Shown here piece by piece: positions 8,298-16,343 of a stretch of DNA of 64,000 nt. The notes under the pieces were generated by a model that was not told the DNA's origin, did no database searches, and saw only the letters and a program-made list of their open reading frames with translations. Location: positions 47,176 through 111,175 of the forward strand of contig CAJUOO010000002.1 in the NCBI GenBank assembly GCA_910588535.1, given 5' to 3'. The position numbers and the translations under genes are program-made. Each line of letters opens with the position of its first letter. The stretch's first letter is position 1. Source of the DNA: an uncultured Lachnospiraceae bacterium. GTDB lineage: Bacteria; Bacillota; Clostridia; Lachnospirales; Lachnospiraceae.

Positions 8298-8870
8298 TCA
8301 ATTTTCACACTGTAGCCTCTTAGCCCGCAACAATGTACTTTTGCTGATGCCTGTCATTTCTGAAACCTCTTTGTAAGAATGATTCTCCAATAGCTCCATA
8401 GCATGATTCAGTTGTGCCCTGCCATACTTCGGTGGTCTTCCCTCCTTAAAGTCAGGGTTCTGCCTTGCTATGGCTTTCCCTTCCCCTGTGCGCTCCACAA
8501 TCATATCACGCTCAAATTCCGCAAATGCAAGCATGACGTTCCGCACCAGCTTCCCCGTAGGGGTATTGTCCATCATGCCCATATTCAGCACATGGACGGT
8601 GATACCCTTATCAAGCAATGACTGTATCAGTTCAATGCCCTGTGTGGCACTTCTGGCTATCCTGTCCAGCTTCGTGACCTTCAATGTATCGCCTGGCTGC
8701 ATGACTGTCAGCAGCTTATCCAGTTCTGGGCGGCGTGATTTCGTTCCCGTAAAAGCATCTGCATAAACCTCCTCTGCCCCTGCTGCCCTTAGTGCGTTCT
8801 CCTGTGCTTCCAGACTGTTCCCGTCCTTTGCCTGTGTCTTTGTTGATACCCTTGCATAACCGTAAATCAT
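8298..8870 (-). CDS. small serine recombinase (resolvase/invertase family)
   Basis: [13 protein letters not shown] carries the catalytic Ser, and there is a C-terminal HTH ([16 protein letters not shown]). The ATG at 8870 has SD AAAGGAGAA. The upstream 44 codons of the track ORF are discarded. Confidence 0.9.
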   Translation of the reverse strand: MIYGYARVSTKTQAKDGNSLEAQENALRAAGAEEVYADAFTGTKSRRPELDKLLTVMQPGDTLKVTKLDRIARSATQGIELIQSLLDKGITVHVLNMGMMDNTPTGKLVRNVMLAFAEFERDMIVERTGEGKAIARQNPDFKEGRPPKYGRAQLNHAMELLENHSYKEVSEMTGISKSTLLRAKRLQCEN

Positions 8871-9027
8871 AATGTGTTTCTCCTTTCGTAATTTGATTTC
8901 AGGAATCAAAAAAAGAAGGTCATTACAACCTTCTCCTAATGATACCCATGATTCTATTTTGTTACTTATGAATATAAGAAATGACACCACTGGAAGCCCC
9001 ATAAAACCGTAGGTCAGCAGTTGGTGT

Positions 9028-9045
9028 CATAACTTAAAAGTTATG
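9028..9045. other. perfect palindrome CATAACTT-AA-AAGTTATG (hix/res-like candidate recombinase site)
   Basis: Two 8-bp half sites surround a central AA, about 160 bp upstream of the recombinase start. The loop is too short, and there is no T-run, for a good terminator. Confidence 0.3.
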
Positions 9046-9059
9046 GTACTACACAATAC

Positions 9060-9848
9060 TTACCAAGATAATTTACCATTCTCTATTTGTATCGGTTTAC
9101 CTTGAACGTTTGATAAAACTTGCATGATTCCAGCAAACTGCAATTGCACCCCATTTGACTTAATTGTCACTCTCATTGCATTATTAGGTGTTAATGGTCT
9201 AAACAGTCGTATCGTTTTCATTTTCAATCTAACAGGAGTTCCGTTAATACTTCCATCTACCTCACCTGTACTATCATAATGAGTTGAATCCTCTGGTTGC
9301 ACATCAAATTCTTCATATTTGTTATTAAAAATAAAAGCAAAATTTGCATCATTTTCGCTAAACATCATTGCCCTGATTTCTATTTTAATCAATTTATCTG
9401 ACACAATATCTACTACAGCCTTTACGTTCTCTATATCCGCCAAAGCTTTATATGTACTATTTCCTTTTGCTACGCACTTCATTTGTGCAACTGCATCATC
9501 TAAACCAACTCCATACAAATCTATATATAATGAATCGGTTAATATAGCAGGAGGTTTACAATCCGCAATTCTTACAGGTACAAATTTCAAGTTCTCGTTT
9601 ATGGACTTAGTTAATCCACTTTGCCATTCCTTTGTTACCATCTTACTGTTTAAACTATTTGGAGATAAAAAATAGAAGAATGTAGTAAACTTTTCTATCC
9701 CTTCATTCATTTTTCCAATTATGCTATCTCCTGGCTGTATAGACCATTTATCATAAAAAATATTATTTCTTCCAAATTCCAATTCCAACCTTCTTGCAAC
9801 CATATCTACTATTTGTTCATCATTATGGTTATAACTAATAAAAATCAT
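9060..9848 (-). CDS. TIR-domain protein with ~130-aa beta-rich C-terminal domain
   Basis: MIFISYNHND ... NNIFYDKWSIQPGDSI ... FLSPNSLNSKMVTKEWQSGL matches the bacterial TIR pattern, including the Glu before Trp. The ATG at 9848 has SD AAGGAGG. Confidence 0.85.
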   Translation of the reverse strand: MIFISYNHNDEQIVDMVARRLELEFGRNNIFYDKWSIQPGDSIIGKMNEGIEKFTTFFYFLSPNSLNSKMVTKEWQSGLTKSINENLKFVPVRIADCKPPAILTDSLYIDLYGVGLDDAVAQMKCVAKGNSTYKALADIENVKAVVDIVSDKLIKIEIRAMMFSENDANFAFIFNNKYEEFDVQPEDSTHYDSTGEVDGSINGTPVRLKMKTIRLFRPLTPNNAMRVTIKSNGVQLQFAGIMQVLSNVQGKPIQIENGKLSW

Positions 9849-9934
9849 TTTACATGACCTCCTTCTCAAATGTTATTGTTAATCTATTCTCAGCATATCT
9901 ACGCCATTTAAAATCCTATCCTAAAATTTTTCAA

Positions 9935-11593
9935 TTAGCAAATCACATTAAAATATTTTAAGGCATCCTTAATGTACTCCACCTTCTCCTGCGGACAGTG
10001 CTTGACTTCTGGATTATCTTTCTTGGATTTATTATAGTTCTCTCCCATATCCAATCCACACATCCGCTTTACTTCTGCAATATACCTCGTATGCACATTC
10101 ACACCATACTTTTCCTTCACATACTCCTTAATCTTCCCATAGGTAGCCTTTTCTGTTGGCGTGTAATTGCTTTCTGCACTAGGCTCCATTGTTACCTCAA
10201 TTTTAGGTGTATCTTTTTTGAGGGATAATTTGACAACCGTCTCCACATGCCTCGTCTGCGGAAACATATCCACCATCTGCACCTTCTCCGCCCGATATCC
10301 CATCTCCTCCAGCTTTTTCAAATCTCTCGCCAATGTAGCCGAGTCACATGATACATACACTATTCGTTCTGGTTGCATCTCAACCATAGTTTGTAACAGT
10401 CCTTCTTCACACCCCTTTCTTGGCGGATCTACTACAATTACATCCACCTGCGCCGCAACCTCATCTCCACTATGCGTTTTATTCTTCTTACACCATTCAG
10501 GAAACACTTCCTCTGCTTTTCCAACAAAAAATTCTGCATTATCCACTCCATTTTTTAATGCATTTTGCCGTGCATTATCAATAGCAGCTGGTACAATCTC
10601 AACCCCATACACTTTACCAGCCTTTTTTGCAAGAAAAAGTGAAATAGTACCAATTCCACAATACAGATCCCACACCACCTCACGTCCAGTAAGCTCTGCA
10701 TATTCTAATACTTTCGCATATAGCTTTTCTGTCTGCACAGGATTTACTTGAAAAAATGACAACGGCGAGATCTCAAACCACACATCACCAATTCGATCCT
10801 CAATCGTTGTATCACCCCAAAGACTAATAATCTCTTTACCCAAAATTACATTTGTCCTCTCCTGATTTGGGCTTATTGTAATACTCTTCATCCCATTTAC
10901 CACCGCCAAACGCTCTGCCAAAATCTGCCCATGCGGAAGCTGTCTACCATTTATCACAATACAAACCATCAGATGTCCCGTGTGATATCCTTTTCGGATC
11001 AACACATGCCGAACCAGACCTGAATGGCTCTCCTCACAATATGGCTCCACATAATACTCACGCATATAATCCATGACAATAGACAAAATCTCTTTATTCT
11101 CCTCCACTCCCAACACACAATCATCACAAGAAATAACCGAATGAGTCCTGCCCGCATAAAACCCAGCAATCAGATTGCCGGACTTATCCCGCCCTATTGG
11201 AAACTGTGCCTTATTGCGGTAGCGCCACGGATTGTCCATACCAATAATCGGCTCACAACTATACTCAGATAACTTGCCGATACGATCCAGATTATTTCTC
11301 ACCATAGCTTCCTTAAGTCTAAGCTGCTCTTGATACTCATACGCCTGAAGCTGACATCCCCCACACTGCCTCGCCACTGGGCATCGTGGAGCAACACGCT
11401 TCTCTGAAGGCTTTATTAATTTAACAAGCCTGCCATACCCATAACTTTTTTTTGCCTTAATCACTTTAATCTCCGCCACATCTCCGACAACTGTATCCTT
11501 GATAAAAAGGGTATAGCCATCAACCTTGCCTATACCCTCTCCATCCTGATTGATATCTATAATTTCTACAACCGAATAATCATTTTTTTTCAT
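9935..11593 (-). CDS. rlmD: 23S rRNA (uracil-5-)-methyltransferase RlmD/RumA family with ~95-aa C-terminal extension
   Basis: It has a TRAM-like N-terminus, the Cys cluster CPVARQCGGCQ, the SAM motif DLYCGIGT and the PPRKG motif. The ATG at 11593 has SD GAGGTGG. Confidence 0.85.
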   Translation of the reverse strand: MKKNDYSVVEIIDINQDGEGIGKVDGYTLFIKDTVVGDVAEIKVIKAKKSYGYGRLVKLIKPSEKRVAPRCPVARQCGGCQLQAYEYQEQLRLKEAMVRNNLDRIGKLSEYSCEPIIGMDNPWRYRNKAQFPIGRDKSGNLIAGFYAGRTHSVISCDDCVLGVEENKEILSIVMDYMREYYVEPYCEESHSGLVRHVLIRKGYHTGHLMVCIVINGRQLPHGQILAERLAVVNGMKSITISPNQERTNVILGKEIISLWGDTTIEDRIGDVWFEISPLSFFQVNPVQTEKLYAKVLEYAELTGREVVWDLYCGIGTISLFLAKKAGKVYGVEIVPAAIDNARQNALKNGVDNAEFFVGKAEEVFPEWCKKNKTHSGDEVAAQVDVIVVDPPRKGCEEGLLQTMVEMQPERIVYVSCDSATLARDLKKLEEMGYRAEKVQMVDMFPQTRHVETVVKLSLKKDTPKIEVTMEPSAESNYTPTEKATYGKIKEYVKEKYGVNVHTRYIAEVKRMCGLDMGENYNKSKKDNPEVKHCPQEKVEYIKDALKYFNVIC

Positions 11594-11968
11594 ATATAAA
11601 CCACCTCTCTGCCCCAAACACCAATATATCATAAAATATATTAACTAACTCTTGCTTATCCACTCTAGCCTTCTTCTGTTTTTATCTTCTACTTAGTTAT
11701 AAAACTGACACACTATAAAAACACGCGGAAATAAAGCCACAATCACAACTGCCAATGATCCGTTTGTTTCGTATTTCTGCGGCATTACAGACAGCAGATA
11801 GAAAAAATTGAAAAATCAAACTAATCCAAGCAGGAAAAATAATACTATTTCCAACAAATTCCACATCTCCCTAATATACCTAAGTATAATAACTATCCAA
11901 ATGTAATTTTGACAAGTAAGACAGAATATTTATATTTCTTATTTTGTCACTCTTACTCTGAAAAAAAT

Positions 11969-12619
11969 TTACCTCTTTTCTCTCAAAATATGCCACACAT
12001 CATTACCAATGAAACCACATTTACGATATAGTTCTTCTGGTTTATCAGGGCTGCAACATTGTCCCGATACAGTAACAAATCGTGCTGTGTTTTTCATTCT
12101 CCGTAACAGATCCAATACCATATAACGCCCTAACCCACATCTACGATAATTCTTTGATACCTGAATCCATTCTAGTACACCTTCACCGATCTCCTCATCC
12201 AGTTCAGCAATACCAGTTGCCACAATTTCTCCTGTATTAATGTCCTTGACAGCCAACCACAATTCTGGGCAATATACTCTTCTGGCTATATAGCTCTGTA
12301 ACTCAGACACAGAAAGACAGACGTCTTTATAACATTTATTAATATGTTCAGCAAACTCTGGAATAGTGGCTTTATAAAGCGAATATCCATCTGGCATTGA
12401 TACAGAATCAACTTCCTGCAAATGATGCTGCAGACGAAAATATGGTTCATCAAAATATTTATCCAACAACTCTGGATAAAACTCCCTATGATGTAAGATT
12501 TTCATATGATCTGGCACAGTAGTACAATTTGCTTTCCAATAAGGAACAGATAATGTACCACATGGATTTTCAAGATATTGCTTTTTTGATACGATATTCA
12601 TAAACCAATTTTTCTCCAT
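11969..12619 (-). CDS. GNAT family N-acetyltransferase
   Basis: The acetyl-CoA motif is RRCGLGRYMVLDLLRR. 216 aa; start uncertain. Confidence 0.7.
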   Translation of the reverse strand: MEKNWFMNIVSKKQYLENPCGTLSVPYWKANCTTVPDHMKILHHREFYPELLDKYFDEPYFRLQHHLQEVDSVSMPDGYSLYKATIPEFAEHINKCYKDVCLSVSELQSYIARRVYCPELWLAVKDINTGEIVATGIAELDEEIGEGVLEWIQVSKNYRRCGLGRYMVLDLLRRMKNTARFVTVSGQCCSPDKPEELYRKCGFIGNDVWHILREKR

Positions 12620-12721
12620 ATTTTCAAGAATTTTTTATCACCCAGATAAATTCTATTAAAATACATAATATATATTAAGAAAATTCCTATTAACTATAAC
12701 CATAACAAATCATACAAAAAC

Positions 12722-13339
12722 CTAATTTAAAACCTCCATAACTTTATCAAACTTTATCTTATAATACTTTGCACTGCATTCCGACAATTTCTGAAAGCTT
12801 CTCATCCATTTATTTCTTACAAACTCTCTGCCTTCTTCTATACCCATTCCATTCTCTACATACGCTAAATACAGTAAACTGGGCACATTATCAAAATGTG
12901 AAATTGCATCTGCATCCGCCACACACAATTCTTCCAAACTGTCTCTTTCGCTCCACACACTTCCTCTATGTTTTTTTATGCAATCCTGTACCAAAGCAAT
13001 TTTCTCATCATCATAATTATATTCTTTCAAAATTCCATAAGCCATTTCTGCCCCATAAATATGGTGTTGTTTATATAAACTATAATCTGTAACAGAGGCA
13101 ATATCATGTAGCCATGCTGCAATCATTACTATTTCCTTATCTGCTCCAAATCTCTCCGCAAGAATTTCTGCATTTTTCACCACAGCCGCAATATGATAAT
13201 AACATCCCATTCCAAATTTATTTGTTTCTTTTAAACACCTGCTATATACTTCTTTTTGCAACCCTTCTAAAATATCTTTCCGCATAGCTTTCTTTATCCC
13301 ACACCCAAACATAACAACCGCCATCACATCATACTCCAC
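12722..13339 (-). CDS. HD-domain phosphohydrolase
   Basis: Contains the H...HD motif (AAWLHDIASV). The track start is a GTG and the true start may be an internal ATG. Confidence 0.7.
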   Translation of the reverse strand: MEYDVMAVVMFGCGIKKAMRKDILEGLQKEVYSRCLKETNKFGMGCYYHIAAVVKNAEILAERFGADKEIVMIAAWLHDIASVTDYSLYKQHHIYGAEMAYGILKEYNYDDEKIALVQDCIKKHRGSVWSERDSLEELCVADADAISHFDNVPSLLYLAYVENGMGIEEGREFVRNKWMRSFQKLSECSAKYYKIKFDKVMEVLN

Positions 13340-13393
13340 TTTTTATTCCCTTACATTGCACATGAGTAGACTGGGCGGTCATACAATAAGCAT

Positions 13394-14194
13394 CTATATA
13401 ATCTCTCCGCGAATTAAATTATAATCTGCTGCACATTTCCTTAATCCATCTATAACAGTGCTAAACCTTACACCATATTTTTTTGCCTTATCACAATTCA
13501 TCCATAAATTATGTCTCGCAGGACTATCTTCTAACTTAACTGTTCTCCCCAATAAATCAATGAATTCTTGAGTAATATCATACATTGATTTTGTTGTTTC
13601 ACTACCAAAATTATATACGCCTCCCGGTAAAGCAATGGCTTTTTCTATGTTTTTTCCTACTTCTTTCAAATATGTAATCCCTCGAAACTGTCTGGAACTA
13701 AACGAGACACTTTCTTTTGCATGAATAATATTCATAAAATAATTTGTTTTGTTCAAATAATAATCATACATCCATTCAGCACGCAATATCACTACATTAG
13801 GATTCATTTCTAATACCCTCTGTTCCATCTCTAACTTATGTTTTGCATATATATTTTTCGGGTTTACTATATCCTCCTGATATGGTCCTTCTTCGTTACA
13901 TCCATTATAAACCTGATCCGAACTAAAACAGACTAATTTCCTGTCTTTTGATGCTTGTGCAATAAAAAGTGGAATTTGCACATTTGCATAATAAGAAGCA
14001 TCTGGGTCAGCTTGACACACTCCCATATCAGAAATAACAGCAGTATGAATAATGACATCTGCGTCACTTTCCGCGATTATGCGATTTATTTCTTCTTGCG
14101 TGACATTACGAAGCGATGGAGCAGCAATTGTATTCTTATATATCTCCATTATTTTATGACCTACAAATCCATTCGCCCCTGTTACCAAAATCAT
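13394..14194 (-). CDS. NAD-dependent epimerase/dehydratase (RmlD-like sugar-nucleotide reductase)
   Basis: Contains the Rossmann motif VTGANGFVG and the YxxxK motif (YAKHK). The ATG at 14194 has SD GGGAGGA 5 nt upstream. Confidence 0.8.
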   Translation of the reverse strand: MILVTGANGFVGHKIMEIYKNTIAAPSLRNVTQEEINRIIAESDADVIIHTAVISDMGVCQADPDASYYANVQIPLFIAQASKDRKLVCFSSDQVYNGCNEEGPYQEDIVNPKNIYAKHKLEMEQRVLEMNPNVVILRAEWMYDYYLNKTNYFMNIIHAKESVSFSSRQFRGITYLKEVGKNIEKAIALPGGVYNFGSETTKSMYDITQEFIDLLGRTVKLEDSPARHNLWMNCDKAKKYGVRFSTVIDGLRKCAADYNLIRGEII

Positions 14195-14348
14195 ACTATC
14201 CTCCCAAATTGTCACTATCTAAATTCACTCAAATCCTACAAATTTCTGCTCTCTTATACTCTCACACAACAAGATTTTTATATGATAGTACAGTTATCCA
14301 TAACTTCTTGTAGGATAAATGTTCGTTCATCATTTTCGAAGAAGGTCC

Positions 14349-14489
14349 GTATAGCCAATCCGCTGTTTTCCTCCGTCACCCCGCTCCCGCTTAGTGAAAA
14401 ACGTAATGGATACTAAGCTCGTAAAATACCTCGCTAAGTACCAACGTTTTTCAATAGGTTCCTTGAGGAAAACAGCGGATTGGCTATAC
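14349..14489 (+). repeat. structured palindromic repeat module 1A (candidate ncRNA / hairpin element)
   Basis: A 23-bp perfect outer stem (GTATAGCCAATCCGCTGTTTTCC / complement) encloses the conserved core TCCGTCACCCCGCTCCCGCTTAGTGAAAAACG ... CGTTTTTCAATAGGTTCCTTGAG. Confidence 0.7.
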
Positions 14490-14839
14490 TACTTTACTAG
14501 ATGTTTCAGACACGCTGTACATCTGCATATACTTACAGCTCCATATCTATTCTTATTCCCTCGAATAACTAGACAAGTGACTGCTTACAGTTATATGATA
14601 ACTGCCATGAAAATCAAAAATTCCACTGCAAATACTCAATTTGACCCACATTTGTAAATTTACACAACTATAGTTATCAAAAGATACTTTGCTGATTTTA
14701 TTTTTTCTATAATCAATACACGTAGAATTGTAAGCAGGAAGTTAGTTTTATGTTGTACAAAATTACCTGTTTTTTGACTTGTGGGTTAAGTTAAATGCAA
14801 GCAGAATTACAATTTGTTTCGCCTAACTGATAAAACAGT

Positions 14840-14975
14840 CTGGTGAATTGTCTGTGGTTCTCAAGGAACCTATTGAAAAACGCCGGCGGTTAGCGAGGTA
14901 GTTTCGAGCTTACCGTCCGTTGCGTTTTTCACTAAGCGGGAGCGGGGTGACGGAGAACCACAGACAATTCACCGG
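14840..14975 (-). repeat. structured palindromic repeat module 1B (inverted relative to 1A)
   Basis: It has the same core in reverse complement. The outer stem differs (CTGGTGAATTGTCTGTGGTTC / GAACCACAGACAATTCACCGG) but is still self-complementary. Confidence 0.7.
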
Positions 14976-15128
14976 ACGGAACTTCCCCAAAATGATACAG
15001 CAAATTTTAAACAACAGAAAAAATATAAAACTCACAAAAAACTATAATAAATTGCTATATTTATCTATCCCAGAAATAAGTAAATTCAGCTAAGAAGATT
15101 ATATACAAAAACTCTCATTCTATTATTT

Positions 15129-15162
15129 AAAAAACAGGCAGAACAACAATATGTCCTGCCTT
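15129..15162 (-). terminator. intrinsic terminator downstream of yhaM
   Basis: On the minus strand: AGGCAGGACATATTGTTGTTCTGCCTGTTTTTT. Confidence 0.5.
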
Positions 15163-15287
15163 TAAATCACAAGTACAGTTTAGTATAGTTAAAAGTATCG
15201 CTGGTTTCGACACCCTGCGAAGCCAGCTTCACCTATAAAATCCACAGCAAACCCATATGGAAGCAATATCTGCTCAAAAATACAATA

Positions 15288-16244
15288 CTACTCTGGATTG
15301 ATCTGGCTGGTTCTTCTTAGATTCGAGTCAGCAAAGCGATTAAACCCAAGCCAGCCGTCATTGCCAGCCGCATTATCAAGTATCTCTGTCATCATCTCCA
15401 GCTTATCGTCCGCCACATCGGCAAAATTAAGTGCCATCGCCTCCACAAGTGCTGGTTTCTTTGGCGAACCAAATTCTAGCTCACCGTGATGTGCCAAGAT
15501 ACAGTGCTTCAACTCACTTGCAAGTTTTTGTGGAAAGCCCTCTATTTTTCTAATATGTTCACCGATCAGCTCACTTCCAATAACAATATGCCCCAGAAGC
15601 TGTCCATCGTCTGTATAATCATTCTCTGGAAAAGCAGAGATCTCCCAAACCTTTCCTATATCATGGAACATGGCCGCAGGAATCAAAAGATCATATTGCA
15701 ACACCTTATAATTCTCTGTAAAATATGAACATATCTTTGTAACTCCGAGCGTATGCTCCAACAAACCGCCTATAAATCCGTGATGGACTGTCTTTGCCGC
15801 AGAATGTTTTTTAAACCTATTGATAAATTCCTGATCCTCCACAAAAAAGCTGTCAACCAACTTCTTCATGTAGGGATTGCGAATTTTAGCCGCATAGCCC
15901 ATCAACTCACAATACATCTGTTCAATATCCCGGCTGCTTGCCGGAAGATAATCTGCCGGATTACAGTCCTTTGCCTCAATTTTGCGAATACGCTTAATAT
16001 TTAACTGTTTTGTGCCGTTAAAGACCGTCACCTCACCCATAACCTCAACATAATCGAGTGAATCAAAATCCTCTATTCCCATGGAATTTGGCTCCCAGAT
16101 CTTTGCGTCAAGAACTCCCGTCTTATCCTGCAAGATAACATTGTCATAAGCCTTCCCATTCTTTGTCACTGCTGACTGCTTATATTTACACAAGTACACA
16201 GACTGTACCCGCTCTCCTTCTGTGATATCCTTAATATATTTCAT
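15288..16244 (-). CDS. yhaM: 3'-5' exoribonuclease YhaM (OB-fold + HD domain)
   Basis: It has an N-terminal OB-fold pattern (VYLCKYKQSAVTKNGKAYDNVILQDKTG) and an HD domain (MFHDIGK, ILAHHG). SD GGAGG is 6 nt upstream. Confidence 0.85.
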   Translation of the reverse strand: MKYIKDITEGERVQSVYLCKYKQSAVTKNGKAYDNVILQDKTGVLDAKIWEPNSMGIEDFDSLDYVEVMGEVTVFNGTKQLNIKRIRKIEAKDCNPADYLPASSRDIEQMYCELMGYAAKIRNPYMKKLVDSFFVEDQEFINRFKKHSAAKTVHHGFIGGLLEHTLGVTKICSYFTENYKVLQYDLLIPAAMFHDIGKVWEISAFPENDYTDDGQLLGHIVIGSELIGEHIRKIEGFPQKLASELKHCILAHHGELEFGSPKKPALVEAMALNFADVADDKLEMMTEILDNAAGNDGWLGFNRFADSNLRRTSQINPE

Positions 16245-16343
16245 ATTTCGCCTCCATCCTACAACTGTTTTCTGAGAACAATAAATTATTCAATCCTTGA
16301 CACAACACAAGGCTAAAAATTAAAGTCCTTCAAAATCATTCCG

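Noticed and set aside
8871-9002. N-terminal extensions in the ORF track, for example the 44 codons upstream of the recombinase. Others are at 50209-50337, 22918-23025, 44295-44363 and 27433-27492.
   Set aside because: Internal ATG codons with good SD sequences coincide with the canonical family N-termini. Several extended starts are GTG or TTG codons without an SD.
9060-9848. Thoeris system call for the TIR gene.
   Set aside because: No ThsA-like SIR2, Macro or SLOG gene is adjacent, so I do not call a named system. It is kept as an orphan TIR finding.
14299-14306. CATAACTT, the half-site of the 9028-9045 palindrome, recurs at the edge of the locus-1 fold-back element. This hints that the island recombinase acts there.
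   Set aside because: It is only an 8-bp AT-rich match. Locus 2 has CTATAACTT instead, and no palindromic partner is present. This is compatible with chance.
14394-14657. The 87-aa ORF here and the 100-aa ORF at 63427-63729 share an N-terminus (MKNV.DTKLVK.LAKYQRFSIGSLRKTA), which might suggest a conserved small protein.
   Set aside because: The shared part is exactly the conserved hairpin-module DNA. The start is a GTG with no SD, and the sequences diverge completely once they leave the repeat. This is a by-product of nucleotide conservation.
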